Shown here: piece by piece, positions 8,626-17,635 of the stretch | Numbering within the stretch: position 1 is the first letter of the stretch | How the letters are laid out: each line of letters starts with the position of its first letter | IMG/VR virus record: IMGVR_UViG_3300016649_000276 | Coordinates: 1-36,973 of that record | Length of the DNA stretch: 36,973 bases | Strand: one strand, 5' to 3' | Source of the DNA: a virus | Lineage: Duplodnaviria > Caudoviricetes | Notes under the pieces: generated by a model | The model's database searches: none | What the model saw: the letters and a program-made list of their open reading frames with translations, nothing else | What the model was told of the DNA's origin: nothing | Made by a program: the position numbers and the translations under genes

Positions 8626-9091
8626 CCTGAATCTTCTGCGAAATATGCTGACTTACGGTGAAGGCTTCAGCGCCGAACAGATGGCGCTCTTCGAATCGGT
8701 GCTAAATGAAATCACTGAACTGCGTGCAAAAGTGCTGGCATTCGGTGGCTTCTCTTCCGTTGATACCGCCAATCTGGTCACTGAGTGCGGCAAAACATCA
8801 CAGCAACTGGTGCATTTTGAACGCAGCCCAAATTCTACCTCTGAGACGACGGCCTCGATGCGTATCGTCCTGCGTCACCACAAACCCATCACGACTTTAG
8901 AGCAGGAAGTGATGCTGACTTACCAGCGTGGATACTGGACGGCGCAGGCAGTCATTACTGATTTCCCTGAATGTGACAGACCGGAAATCGCGATGGACAA
9001 ACTTGCTGACTGGTTGATGCGTCTCGGCCTGTCTTCCCAGGTAACACCAGAACTGCGGGATACAATGGGGGCGCTATGGAAAAGAGACTGA
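8618..9091 (+). CDS. Hypothetical protein
   Basis: GAGGTG RBS; overlaps both neighbours in the operon. Confidence 0.75.
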   Translation: MTDLNLLRNMLTYGEGFSAEQMALFESVLNEITELRAKVLAFGGFSSVDTANLVTECGKTSQQLVHFERSPNSTSETTASMRIVLRHHKPITTLEQEVMLTYQRGYWTAQAVITDFPECDRPEIAMDKLADWLMRLGLSSQVTPELRDTMGALWKRD

Positions 9092-9486
9092 TCCAGTTGA
9101 TCCACGTCGGTAAATCATCCCTTAACTGGGACGATGATACTTACCGTTCAGTATTGTACCGACTAACGGGTAAATCCAGTTCCTCACGCTGCACGGATGC
9201 CGAAGGTGACAAAATTCTGTCTTACATGAAGGAACAAGGCTTTGAACCTACAGCCAAAAGGCAGTACGGTACAAAACCTCGGGTTTCCGCATCCCGGCAG
9301 ACAGTATTGAACAAAATCGAAGCGTTATTAGCTGAACGTGATTTGCCGTGGGCTTATGCTGAACAAATGGCGAAACACATGTTTAAAAAACACTATATTA
9401 TTTGGCTTGATGATATTCAGCTTAGAAAGTTGATGCAGGCTCTCATAGTGGATGCCAAACGTAGAAATAAACGCGGAGAATCATGA
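9076..9486 (+). CDS. gemA: GemA/gp16-family protein (DUF1018)
   Basis: 'LIQLIHVGKSSLNWDDDTYRSVL...TGKSSS' signature; directly upstream of mor. Confidence 0.88.
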   Translation: MEKRLIQLIHVGKSSLNWDDDTYRSVLYRLTGKSSSSRCTDAEGDKILSYMKEQGFEPTAKRQYGTKPRVSASRQTVLNKIEALLAERDLPWAYAEQMAKHMFKKHYIIWLDDIQLRKLMQALIVDAKRRNKRGES

Positions 9487-9920
9487 TGAAACTTGAGCAG
9501 GTTGCAGACTTTCTGCCGGAATCGGTAAAGCAAATCGCTGACTTGATAGGTTATCCTCAGACGGTGCGCCTGCTCAAAACGTTCGGTGGTACCACGTTCC
9601 CTATGGGGCGTGGTGCGCGTGCATTTGGTGCTCCGCGCTGGGTATTGCTTCGTGAACTCATTGGGGAAAAAAATTCCGAACTAATCGTCAATAATTTCAT
9701 TGGCGAAGTGCTTTATCTCCCACGCTGCGATCGCGCCTTACGTGAATTACGCAATCGGAGTTTTATCGATGACTATCAGCAATTGCAAAACCAGGGCTCA
9801 GCACCTTCAACAGCTGTAACTCTGTTATGCGCCAAATATGGATTTAGTGACCGGTTAGCCTGGCGATTATTGGCCGAGAAAAAGGCTGTTCAGGATAATC
9901 AACAAAAATCGCTATTTTGA
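9483..9920 (+). CDS. mor: Mor/C-family transcription activator
   Basis: 'LPESVKQIADLIG...FGGTTF...GEVLYLPRC...RNRSFI' and C-terminal HTH 'LCAKYGFSDRLAWRLL'. Confidence 0.88.
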   Translation: MMKLEQVADFLPESVKQIADLIGYPQTVRLLKTFGGTTFPMGRGARAFGAPRWVLLRELIGEKNSELIVNNFIGEVLYLPRCDRALRELRNRSFIDDYQQLQNQGSAPSTAVTLLCAKYGFSDRLAWRLLAEKKAVQDNQQKSLF

Positions 9921-9927
9921 AGGAGTA

Positions 9928-10236
9928 ATGATGGGAACTGATAATTCAACAACTGGAAATATACCGGAAAAAATATTAGTAAACTTACGCAAATCAAATA
10001 AGCATAAGGAAAGTGTATGTTTAGCTTGTGGCTATAGTGGGTTGATGGGTGTAAAAAAAGAATCTGTTCCTTGGTATGCTTCTTGGTGGTTTTTCGCTAT
10101 AGCAGTGGCGCTCACATTACCTTTTATTTCATCTTTTGCTATTGGTATTGGTATCGCTTTTGCAGTCATCAGATTCATTTCCTTAAAATACATCGTCACT
10201 TGCCCTAATTGCGAGACCGACCTAACTATAAAGTAA
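9928..10236 (+). CDS. AT-rich membrane protein with split CxxC...CxxC (LITAF-like topology), probable moron
   Basis: CLAC and CPNC flank a hydrophobic hairpin; AAGGAG RBS; low GC. Confidence 0.7.
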   Translation: MMGTDNSTTGNIPEKILVNLRKSNKHKESVCLACGYSGLMGVKKESVPWYASWWFFAIAVALTLPFISSFAIGIGIAFAVIRFISLKYIVTCPNCETDLTIK

Positions 10237-10238
10237 AT

Positions 10239-10292
10239 CCACTGAACCTCGTCATATAACTCCTGCACACTTAAAATCAGATACTGACGCCA
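10239..10292 (+). promoter_or_regulatory. Activator-dependent late promoter 1 (lysis/packaging operon)
   Basis: CCACTGAACCTCGTCATATAACT (10239-10261), -10-like GATACT (10280-10285), predicted +1 at A10292. Confidence 0.8.
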
Positions 10293-10319
10293 CGTAATTC
10301 ATCAACTTGGCGTCAGTAT
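10281..10319 (+). promoter_or_regulatory. 12-bp perfect hairpin covering the endolysin initiation region
   Basis: ATACTGACGCCA (10281-10292) / TGGCGTCAGTAT (10308-10319); the 3' arm includes the AT of the start codon. Confidence 0.8.
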
Positions 10320-10962
10320 GACTCTCGAAGACTTCCGCAAAGCTGCCAGCTTAACAACCGCTCTCGCACAGCGTTGGTTCCCGCACGTAGTAGCGGTAAT
10401 GGCTGAGTTTGACATTTCTACCCCGCGCCGTCAGGCGGCGTTTATCGCCCAGATAGCCCACGAAAGCGCCGGTTTTACCCAGTTATCTGAAAACCTCTAT
10501 TACAACGACCCTGCCCGCGTTGCCGCGTTGTTTAAAACCGGCTTCGATCTCAATAAAAATGGCGTCGCTGATGCCGCTGAAATCGAGTTCGCCAAAGGCT
10601 ATACCCGCAATCCCGAAAAGCTGGCCAATCGCGCTTATGCCGGGCGCATGGGCAACGGCCCTGAATCCTCCGGGGATGGCTGGAAGTATCGCGGCCGGGG
10701 TTTGCCGCATGTCACTGGTAAAAACAATTATCAGGCATGTGGTGTGGCGCTGGGGCTTGACCTGCTGACCGAACCCGATTTGTTGCTTGACGATGCGCAG
10801 GCAGCGCGTTCGGCCGGCTGGTTCTGGCAGGTCAACAATCTCAACAGCTATGCCGATATTCGTGATTTTGTCGGTATGACCCGCCGGATTAATGGCAGCA
10901 CTACCGGACTGGCTGAGCGCACCGCGCGTCTCAAAGTCGCTGAGGCGGTTTTATGCCATTAA
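10318..10962 (+). CDS. Glycoside hydrolase family 19 endolysin
   Basis: 'AAFIAQIAHESAGF..LSENL', 'GDGWKYRGRG...TGKNNY', 'AARSAGWFW', 'TRRING'. Confidence 0.93.
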   Translation: MTLEDFRKAASLTTALAQRWFPHVVAVMAEFDISTPRRQAAFIAQIAHESAGFTQLSENLYYNDPARVAALFKTGFDLNKNGVADAAEIEFAKGYTRNPEKLANRAYAGRMGNGPESSGDGWKYRGRGLPHVTGKNNYQACGVALGLDLLTEPDLLLDDAQAARSAGWFWQVNNLNSYADIRDFVGMTRRINGSTTGLAERTARLKVAEAVLCH

Positions 10963-11201
10963 AAATCCTGCAGCTTATCTCTAACCCGTCCACCGGTCGC
11001 CTCTCCACATCGGACACCACGCTGTTCGGTGCCTTCCTGGTGAGTTCGTTTGTGTTGGTCTGGGTTACGGTGACCGGTCATCTCGAAGAGTGGCATGTTG
11101 CCGCCTATCTGGCCGCCTGGGTATTCCACAGCCAGGCCTCAAAACGTGCCGCAATCAAGCGCGATCAGGAGGTCAAACCTGATGCCAACCCTTCTGCTTA
11201 A
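10953..11201 (+). CDS. Putative holin (DUF2644-like)
   Basis: 'LISNPSTGRLSTSDT' followed by two hydrophobic segments and a basic tail; lies between endolysin and spanin. Confidence 0.75.
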   Translation: MPLKILQLISNPSTGRLSTSDTTLFGAFLVSSFVLVWVTVTGHLEEWHVAAYLAAWVFHSQASKRAAIKRDQEVKPDANPSA

Positions 11202-11820
11202 TTTTCTGAAAAACAACTGGATCACACTGATTGCCATCACTGTGCTGATGGTCGCCGGTGCGGGGCTGGGCTATCTCGCTGCCGGTCATACTTACCAGCA
11301 TGATATTGACCAGGCCAATGCGCGGGAGAGTACGACGCGCAAAGATTTCGATGCGTTCAAACTCACCACGCAGACCGAAAAAACGGCCGCTGCACAGAAG
11401 TCCGCCGCCGAACTGGCGGATGCTCTGGCCTTGCAAAAACAGTATCAGGCTCAGGCAGAAACGCTTTCTGCACAGTTGCTGGCTAAACAAGGTGAGCTTG
11501 AACAGGCCCGCCAGGCATTCCAGAGGACAATTAAAAATGTCATTGAAAAAGATGGTGTTGCTTATACCGGCATTGGCCCTCACAGCCTGTGCGCCTTCCG
11601 AACCAGTCTTGGTTACCCCGGATGTGGTGAGCGTGTGCCGGGTACCACCGGCGCAGATGCTGGATATTCCGCCGAAGCCGCCAGCTCCGCAGGCGGACTC
11701 AGCCCCGCTGGCATCCTCCGGGCCGGAAGTGATTACGGCACCTGGTGCCAAACCTTAGAAGCCAAACTTAAGGCGCTCAAAACGTTCTATAAGGGCGCGG
11801 ATAAAAAGGAAATTCAATGA
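11182..11820 (+). CDS. Inner-membrane spanin (Rz-like), 212 aa
   Basis: N-terminal TM helix, long Ala/Gln coiled coil, Cys in the C-terminal part; AGGAGG RBS. Confidence 0.8.
   Translation: MPTLLLNFLKNNWITLIAITVLMVAGAGLGYLAAGHTYQHDIDQANARESTTRKDFDAFKLTTQTEKTAAAQKSAAELADALALQKQYQAQAETLSAQLLAKQGELEQARQAFQRTIKNVIEKDGVAYTGIGPHSLCAFRTSLGYPGCGERVPGTTGADAGYSAEAASSAGGLSPAGILRAGSDYGTWCQTLEAKLKALKTFYKGADKKEIQ
11537..11758 (+). CDS. Outer-membrane spanin lipoprotein (Rz1-like), fully embedded in the +1 frame, 73 aa
   Basis: GAGGA RBS; signal MSLKKMVLLIPALALTA-C with lipobox LTAC; Pro-rich mature part. Confidence 0.8.
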   Translation: MSLKKMVLLIPALALTACAPSEPVLVTPDVVSVCRVPPAQMLDIPPKPPAPQADSAPLASSGPEVITAPGAKP

Positions 11821-12059
11821 CGTTTGACCTGGCTTTTAACATCATTTTAGGCCTGTGCGCTTTCTTTGGCGGCTTGTTCTTGAATGGGATGCAAAAAGAT
11901 ATTACTGACCTGGAAGTTGATGTCGAACGCATTAAACAGGAGTACCAGCGCCGCGAGGATTCCCGCCGCGATCAGGACACGATTAAGGAACTGCTGCGCG
12001 ACATGAAAAAAAGCGTGGAGCGTATCGAAGAGAAACTGGACAGGAAGGCAGACAAATGA
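11817..12059 (+). CDS. Single-TM coiled-coil protein in the lysis cluster (Mu gp25-like position)
   Basis: N-terminal TM, charged coiled coil ending 'IEEKLDRKADK'; ATGA overlaps. Confidence 0.7.
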   Translation: MTFDLAFNIILGLCAFFGGLFLNGMQKDITDLEVDVERIKQEYQRREDSRRDQDTIKELLRDMKKSVERIEEKLDRKADK

Positions 12060-12370
12060 AACCACGCCAGAAACGCCGTACCCGCAGAACGCTGATGGCC
12101 TCGCCTGTGCCCGTCACTAACCCGCTGCTGGGGGAGTTGCAGGAACTGCGCAGCATCGGTGCAAAACTTGATGCGCTGCAACATGCTTTGCCTAATTCCG
12201 TGGGCATAGACCTGATTTGCGACAAGCTTGACCGCATTGAGCGCCGCATGGATGACATTGACGCCGTCGCCTCCAAAAAAGGCGCGGTCGCCGGTGCTAT
12301 TGCAGGCGGGCTTTCCGGTTGCCTGGTCAGCACCACGATCATGCTTATCAAAGCTCGCATGGGATTCTGA
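12056..12370 (+). CDS. Hypothetical protein, C-terminal Gly/Ala-rich TM segment
   Basis: Coiled coil followed by 'GAVAGAIAGGLSGCLV'. Confidence 0.7.
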   Translation: MKPRQKRRTRRTLMASPVPVTNPLLGELQELRSIGAKLDALQHALPNSVGIDLICDKLDRIERRMDDIDAVASKKGAVAGAIAGGLSGCLVSTTIMLIKARMGF

Positions 12371-12371
12371 T

Positions 12372-12872
12372 ATGGCACATCCGCAGGAGACCAGGGACAA
12401 ACTGCGTAAAGCCTATATCTTCGGGCAGATGTCACTTGAAATCGCTTCAGCCCAGACGGGGATTGCCTTTGCGACAGCCCGCCGCTGGAAGAAGGAGTCT
12501 CAGGACGCGGGCGACGACTGGGACAAGCTGCGTGCCGCGCACACGATGGCGGGTAATGGTCTGGAAGATACCGGCCGCGCCATTCTGACGGGCTTGTTGA
12601 TCCAGTATCAGACCACGCTGGAAACACTGAATTGTGATTCAAAGATGCCGCCGCGTGAACGTGTAGAACTGCTGGCCAGTCTGGCGGATGCCTTCAACAA
12701 GGCCACGTCAGCCAGCAAACGCATCCTGCCTGAGACCAGCGAACTGGCGGTGGCACTGGATGTGATTCAGAAACTGTCGGTATTTATTTCCGAACATCAT
12801 TCCAAACACCTTGCGGCGTTCCTGGAGATTCTGGAGCCGTTCGGGCAACAGGTGGAGCAATTATATGGCTGA
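12372..12872 (+). CDS. DUF1804-family protein, probable terminase small subunit, 166 aa
   Basis: 'MAHPQETRDKLRKAYIF...ATARRWKK...GDDWDKLRAA' HTH; upstream of the large terminase. Confidence 0.82.
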   Translation: MAHPQETRDKLRKAYIFGQMSLEIASAQTGIAFATARRWKKESQDAGDDWDKLRAAHTMAGNGLEDTGRAILTGLLIQYQTTLETLNCDSKMPPRERVELLASLADAFNKATSASKRILPETSELAVALDVIQKLSVFISEHHSKHLAAFLEILEPFGQQVEQLYG

Positions 12873-13074
12873 CAAACTTATCCGGCTCAGTGACAGCGTA
12901 TCCGTGATGGCCAGCGCCGTTGTCTCGGTCTCGCGTGCCCCTTACAGCGATTATGTGATCGTCAAAACAAATGATGGTTGTACGCACAGTGCGGACAGAG
13001 GATATGGCGAACCGGCGTATACCACGCAGTCGCGCCTTCTTAATGAAATCAATGCCGCCCTGACTGATGTCTGA
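12865..13074 (+). CDS. Hypothetical protein, 69 aa
   Basis: GGAG RBS; overlaps the previous stop; fills the terS-terL gap. Confidence 0.65.
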   Translation: MADKLIRLSDSVSVMASAVVSVSRAPYSDYVIVKTNDGCTHSADRGYGEPAYTTQSRLLNEINAALTDV

Positions 13075-13138
13075 GGCGACGCGATCGTCTCAGCATCCTA
13101 TCAAACGGAATGAACACCCTTAATAACAGAGTCAGGTC

Positions 13139-14800
13139 ATGGCCAAAAATAATAAGCTTACCGCCAGCGATTTTGCCAAAGAGCTCGAAGAGCTTGCGGC
13201 AGGCCTGCGCCGGACGATTGAGGCCGAGTGCGTAGGCTTTGATCCGTCTGCTGCGGCCATGGCAGAGCGCCGGGAAAAAGTCAGGGATCCGGTGACCGGT
13301 TTTGAGTATTTCATTACACGGTATTTCCCGCACTATGTCCGCCACCAGGATAAGAGTGAGCTGCATAAACATCTCTTTAAGCGCCTCCCTGAAATCGTCG
13401 CCAGCCTCAAAGGCGAGAACGACGCCATTGCCGCCCCCCGTGGTGAAGCTAAATCCACGATCGTCACTCAGCTATTCACGCTGTGGTGCATCATCTGTGC
13501 GCTGAAGCATTATGTCGTGATCGTGATGGACTCCATCGATCAGGCCTATCCGATGCTCGAAGCCATTAAGTGTGAGTTGCAGTTTAATCCCCGCCTGCTG
13601 ATGGACTTTCCCGAAGCCAGCGGCGGCGGACGCGTCTGGCAGATGGGTACCATTCTTACCCGCAACGATGTGAAAGTGCAGGTTGCCGGTTCCGGTAAAA
13701 AACTGCGCGGCCTGCGTCACGGCCCATACCGTCCTGACCTGGCCGTGCTCGATGATATCGAGAATGATGAGCAGGTGCGCAACCCCGACCAGCGTGACAA
13801 GCTGGATAACTGGCTGAAAAAAACCGTGCTGCCGCTGGGTGGCGCGGGGGCGAAATTCGATGTGATCTACATCGGCACCATCCTGCATTACGATTCGGTG
13901 CTGTCCCGTACTCTCAACAACCCGCTATGGCGTTCAGCCCGGTTCAAGGCGGTCATTCAGTGGCCTGACAACATGTCCTTATGGGATGAGTGGGAAGAAG
14001 TCCTGCGCAACAACGGGACTGACGGCGAGTGGATGGCCAATGCCTTCTATGAAAATCACCGTCTTGAGATGAATGCCGGCGCGGTGGTCTCCTGGTCAGC
14101 GCGACCAATTCTGGCCCTGATGCTGATCCGTGCCCGTGATGGCCACAGCACCTTCGATGCCGAGTACCAGAATGACCCGGTCAGCGGTGAAGATGCGCCG
14201 TTTACCGGCTGCATTAATTTTTGGGTTAACCGTCTTGCTGAATGGATCTTTTACGGAGCCTGTGACCCGAGTCTGGGAAAACACGGCGCAAGCCGCGACC
14301 CGTCCGCGCTGCTGGTGGGCGGATTTAACCGCCACACTGGCATTCTGGACGTGGTCGAAGCGGCTATCCGCAAGCGCGTCCCGGACAAAATCATTTCTGA
14401 CATCATTGAACTGCAAAAGCTTTATCACTGCCTGGTGTGGTCGATTGAAACCGTCCAGTTTCAGGAGTTTCTGCGCACCGAACTGGTGAAGCGCTCGGCC
14501 ATTTTAGGCACCCCGGTGCCCGCCCGCGCCGTCATACCGCACACCGATAAACTGCTGCGCATCGAATCCCTGCAGCCGCACATGGCCAATGGTCTGATCC
14601 GCCTGCATCCGTCGCAAAAAACGCTGATTGACCAGCTGCGACAATTTCCCAAAGCCGACCACGACGACGGCCCGGACTGCCTGCATATGCTGTGGGCGCT
14701 GGTCATGTCAGGTGCCGGTCATTTTTCTTTCACCCCGGTGCCGGTCAGTCGCGACAGCGCACGCGGCGACCGTTTTGGTTCTGAATCTGGAGGTTGGTAA
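13139..14800 (+). CDS. Terminase large subunit
   Basis: Walker A APRGEAKST, Walker B AVLDD, nuclease ACDPS and HDDGPD. Confidence 0.95.
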   Translation: MAKNNKLTASDFAKELEELAAGLRRTIEAECVGFDPSAAAMAERREKVRDPVTGFEYFITRYFPHYVRHQDKSELHKHLFKRLPEIVASLKGENDAIAAPRGEAKSTIVTQLFTLWCIICALKHYVVIVMDSIDQAYPMLEAIKCELQFNPRLLMDFPEASGGGRVWQMGTILTRNDVKVQVAGSGKKLRGLRHGPYRPDLAVLDDIENDEQVRNPDQRDKLDNWLKKTVLPLGGAGAKFDVIYIGTILHYDSVLSRTLNNPLWRSARFKAVIQWPDNMSLWDEWEEVLRNNGTDGEWMANAFYENHRLEMNAGAVVSWSARPILALMLIRARDGHSTFDAEYQNDPVSGEDAPFTGCINFWVNRLAEWIFYGACDPSLGKHGASRDPSALLVGGFNRHTGILDVVEAAIRKRVPDKIISDIIELQKLYHCLVWSIETVQFQEFLRTELVKRSAILGTPVPARAVIPHTDKLLRIESLQPHMANGLIRLHPSQKTLIDQLRQFPKADHDDGPDCLHMLWALVMSGAGHFSFTPVPVSRDSARGDRFGSESGGW

Positions 14801-14802
14801 AC

Positions 14803-16374
14803 ATGGTGCAAATTCTCGACCAGCACGGTAATCCGCTCAATAAAGAGGTGCTTAAAGCCCCGCAAACCGCGCAGATGGTGCAGCTCAACCGTCACTGGCC
14901 GGAGCATCCTTCACGCGGTATGACGATTCGCAAGCTGCCGCGCATCCTGGAAGCGGCGGAACGGGGAGACCTGTCCGCCCAGGCTGACCTGTTTGAAGAT
15001 ATGGTCGAGCGCGACGGCCACGTATTTTCTGAGATGGCAAAGCGTAAGAACGCACTGCTGACCCTCGACTGGAGCGTCGCGCCCCCGGAGAACGCCAGCG
15101 CCGAAGAGAAAGACCTTGCGGCCCTGGTGTCGGGCTGGCTGCGTGATATTCCTGAGTTTGAAGACATTATCCTCAACGCCGCCGAAGCCATTGGCCACGG
15201 GTTCGCCGCGATGGAGATTGAAAAGTGGGAGTTGGAAGACAACGTCTGGTTGCCGACCAAAATCAAACTCCGCCCGCACCGCTGGTTTATGACAAATCCT
15301 GAAATTGACGATCAGATACGTCTGCGTGATGGCTCTATGCAGGGTGCAGAACTGTGGCCGTTCGGCTGGCTGGTGCATTACCACAATGCCAAATCCGGCT
15401 ACATCGCCCAGTCGGGCCTGTATCGCGTACTCATCTGGCCGTACCTTTTCAAGAACTATTCCATACGTGACCTGGCTGAGTTTCTGGAAATCTATGGACT
15501 GCCTGCCCGCGTGGGCACCTATGCCAGCGGAGCCACCGAAGACGAGCGCAATGCGCTGCTGCAGGCGCTGGTGACGCTCGGCCACAATGCGTCAGGGATC
15601 ATCCCGCAGGGCAGTGATATTGATTTCAAGACCGCCGCTAGCGGTCAGGCCGACCCGTTCGTCGCCATGATTGACTGGGCTGAGCGTACCGAGTCAAAGA
15701 TTATCCTGGGTGCGACGCTGACCAGCCAGGCAGATGGCAAGACCTCGACCAATGCCCTGGGCAACGTACACAACGATGTGCGTCATGACATTCTGGTTGC
15801 CGATGCAAAACAGGTTGAAGGCTTCTTCCGGGGCTTTATTCGTATGTTGCTTTCCCTGAACGGCTATTCCGTCAGCAGCCGGCGACAGCCGCGCCTGGTG
15901 TTTGATACGCGGGATATTGAAGAAATTTCGAATTTCTCCACGGGTGTCAAGACGCTCGTCGAGGCCGGTGATACCGCAATCCCCGTCTCCTGGGTACATA
16001 AAAAGCTGGGCATTCCTGACGCGTTGGATAATGAACCGGTGCTGCGGGCACCGGCGGTCTCATCCGTGACCGCCGCTTTAACCCGCCAGCCGAAACCCGG
16101 TTTTGCGGCGCTCAGTACCGCCGCCGCGCTGACCGATGACCCAGCACAAGTCATCCTGGATAACACCAGCAGTGTGCCAAACGCCATCAACAACGCCATG
16201 CAACAACTGATTGCGCCGCTGGTGACTGCACTCAGCACGGGCCAGCATCCTGACGAGGCGCTTAATATTATCGCCGCCAGCTATCCGCAGCTTGACGATG
16301 GCCAGCTGCAGCAGCTGCTGACGCAGGCACTGTTCGTCGCCGACATCTGGGGGCATATCAACAGTGCCAGCTAA
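14803..16374 (+). CDS. Portal protein (Mu gp29/DUF935), 523 aa
   Basis: 'DLAEFLEIYGLPARVGTY', 'SKIILGATLTS...STNALGNVHNDVRHD'; GGAGG RBS. Confidence 0.94.
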   Translation: MVQILDQHGNPLNKEVLKAPQTAQMVQLNRHWPEHPSRGMTIRKLPRILEAAERGDLSAQADLFEDMVERDGHVFSEMAKRKNALLTLDWSVAPPENASAEEKDLAALVSGWLRDIPEFEDIILNAAEAIGHGFAAMEIEKWELEDNVWLPTKIKLRPHRWFMTNPEIDDQIRLRDGSMQGAELWPFGWLVHYHNAKSGYIAQSGLYRVLIWPYLFKNYSIRDLAEFLEIYGLPARVGTYASGATEDERNALLQALVTLGHNASGIIPQGSDIDFKTAASGQADPFVAMIDWAERTESKIILGATLTSQADGKTSTNALGNVHNDVRHDILVADAKQVEGFFRGFIRMLLSLNGYSVSSRRQPRLVFDTRDIEEISNFSTGVKTLVEAGDTAIPVSWVHKKLGIPDALDNEPVLRAPAVSSVTAALTRQPKPGFAALSTAAALTDDPAQVILDNTSSVPNAINNAMQQLIAPLVTALSTGQHPDEALNIIAASYPQLDDGQLQQLLTQALFVADIWGHINSAS

Positions 16375-17635
16375 AGCCGCTGTCGATCTCTCCTATGCCA
16401 TCGGTCTTAAACCCGAAGAAGCTATCCGCTATTTTGAGGATAAGGGCTACACGATCGGCTTCAACTGGCACGACGTGGAGGCCCGCGCCCATGCCACGGC
16501 CTTCACCGTGGCTGGCGTGCTCAAGCAGGATGTGCTGACCGATATCCGCCAGGGGCTGAGCGACGCGCTGGCCAACGGCACGACGCTGGCACAGTTTAAA
16601 AAAGACCTGATCCCGACACTGCAGCAAAAAGGCTGGATAGGCAAAGGCCTGGTGGCCGATGCCGACGGTGTGCTGGAAGGCAAGCAACTTACGCCGCGCC
16701 GTCTGGACACCATCTTTCAGACCAACATGCAGGCCGCTTATAACGCCGGTCGCTATGAAGAGCAACTGGCTAACGTCGAGTTCCGGCCCTACTGGGAGCG
16801 CGTCGCGGTCATGGATACCCACACGCGCCCGGCGCACGCCGCGCTCAACGGGTTTACCGCCCGGTATGATGATCCGGTGTGGCAGTTTATGTACCCGCCG
16901 GACGGTTATCACTGCCGCTGCCGCGTCAGGGCACGGTCTGAGGGTGACGTTAAACGTAATTCACTTACCGTGCAGGACAGCAGCGGCATGATTGAGACGG
17001 TGCAGCAGGCCTGGGGGCCGAACGATACCCGCCAGGTTCAGGCGCTGCGTAATCCGCTGAACGGCCAGCTGTACACCCCGGATGCCGGCTTTGGCCACAA
17101 TCCGGGACAGGGTTCACTGGCGGCGCTGGGGCAGCGTCTGCTTGACCGTTCTGTCAGCGCACCCAATCGCCTGGCCTCTCTGGCCGTAGACCAGACGCTG
17201 AGCGAGCCGACACTCGTCAGTGCGATTTCAAATGACGTTAAACGCTTTGTTAACCAGGCCGTTACTCAGGGTAAACCGGCCAATACGCTGCGCCACGTGG
17301 GCGCTATCACCCCGGATACGCTGGATGCGCTGGCGGTTCGCGGTATCACACCTTCCGTCGTGCCGCTGACTGTCTATGATTCAGGGGTACTGGCTGCGCC
17401 GGCTTCGCCCTGGGCTTCATTACCTGAGCTATTACGTCAGGCCGATGCAACCCTGTGGGACGGTAAAGGCCTGGTCTATGTGATAAAAAAAGACGGGACA
17501 CGCTACGCCGTCCGGACTGACTTCATTGACGCGCGTGAAGGCTTGCCACTTTCCTTCCTTGACCAGGGCTTACCACTTACGCCGGATACGCTGGCCAGAC
17601 TTGGCCAGTTGACTACTCTGACAGGGGCACTGTGA
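16364..17635 (+). CDS. Head morphogenesis protein (Mu gpF/gp30) with C-terminal extension
   Basis: 'AFTVAGV', 'RLDTIFQTNMQAAYNAGRY', 'DTHTRPAH', 'PPDGYHCRCRV'; GTG start. Confidence 0.92.
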   Translation: MPAKAAVDLSYAIGLKPEEAIRYFEDKGYTIGFNWHDVEARAHATAFTVAGVLKQDVLTDIRQGLSDALANGTTLAQFKKDLIPTLQQKGWIGKGLVADADGVLEGKQLTPRRLDTIFQTNMQAAYNAGRYEEQLANVEFRPYWERVAVMDTHTRPAHAALNGFTARYDDPVWQFMYPPDGYHCRCRVRARSEGDVKRNSLTVQDSSGMIETVQQAWGPNDTRQVQALRNPLNGQLYTPDAGFGHNPGQGSLAALGQRLLDRSVSAPNRLASLAVDQTLSEPTLVSAISNDVKRFVNQAVTQGKPANTLRHVGAITPDTLDALAVRGITPSVVPLTVYDSGVLAAPASPWASLPELLRQADATLWDGKGLVYVIKKDGTRYAVRTDFIDAREGLPLSFLDQGLPLTPDTLARLGQLTTLTGAL

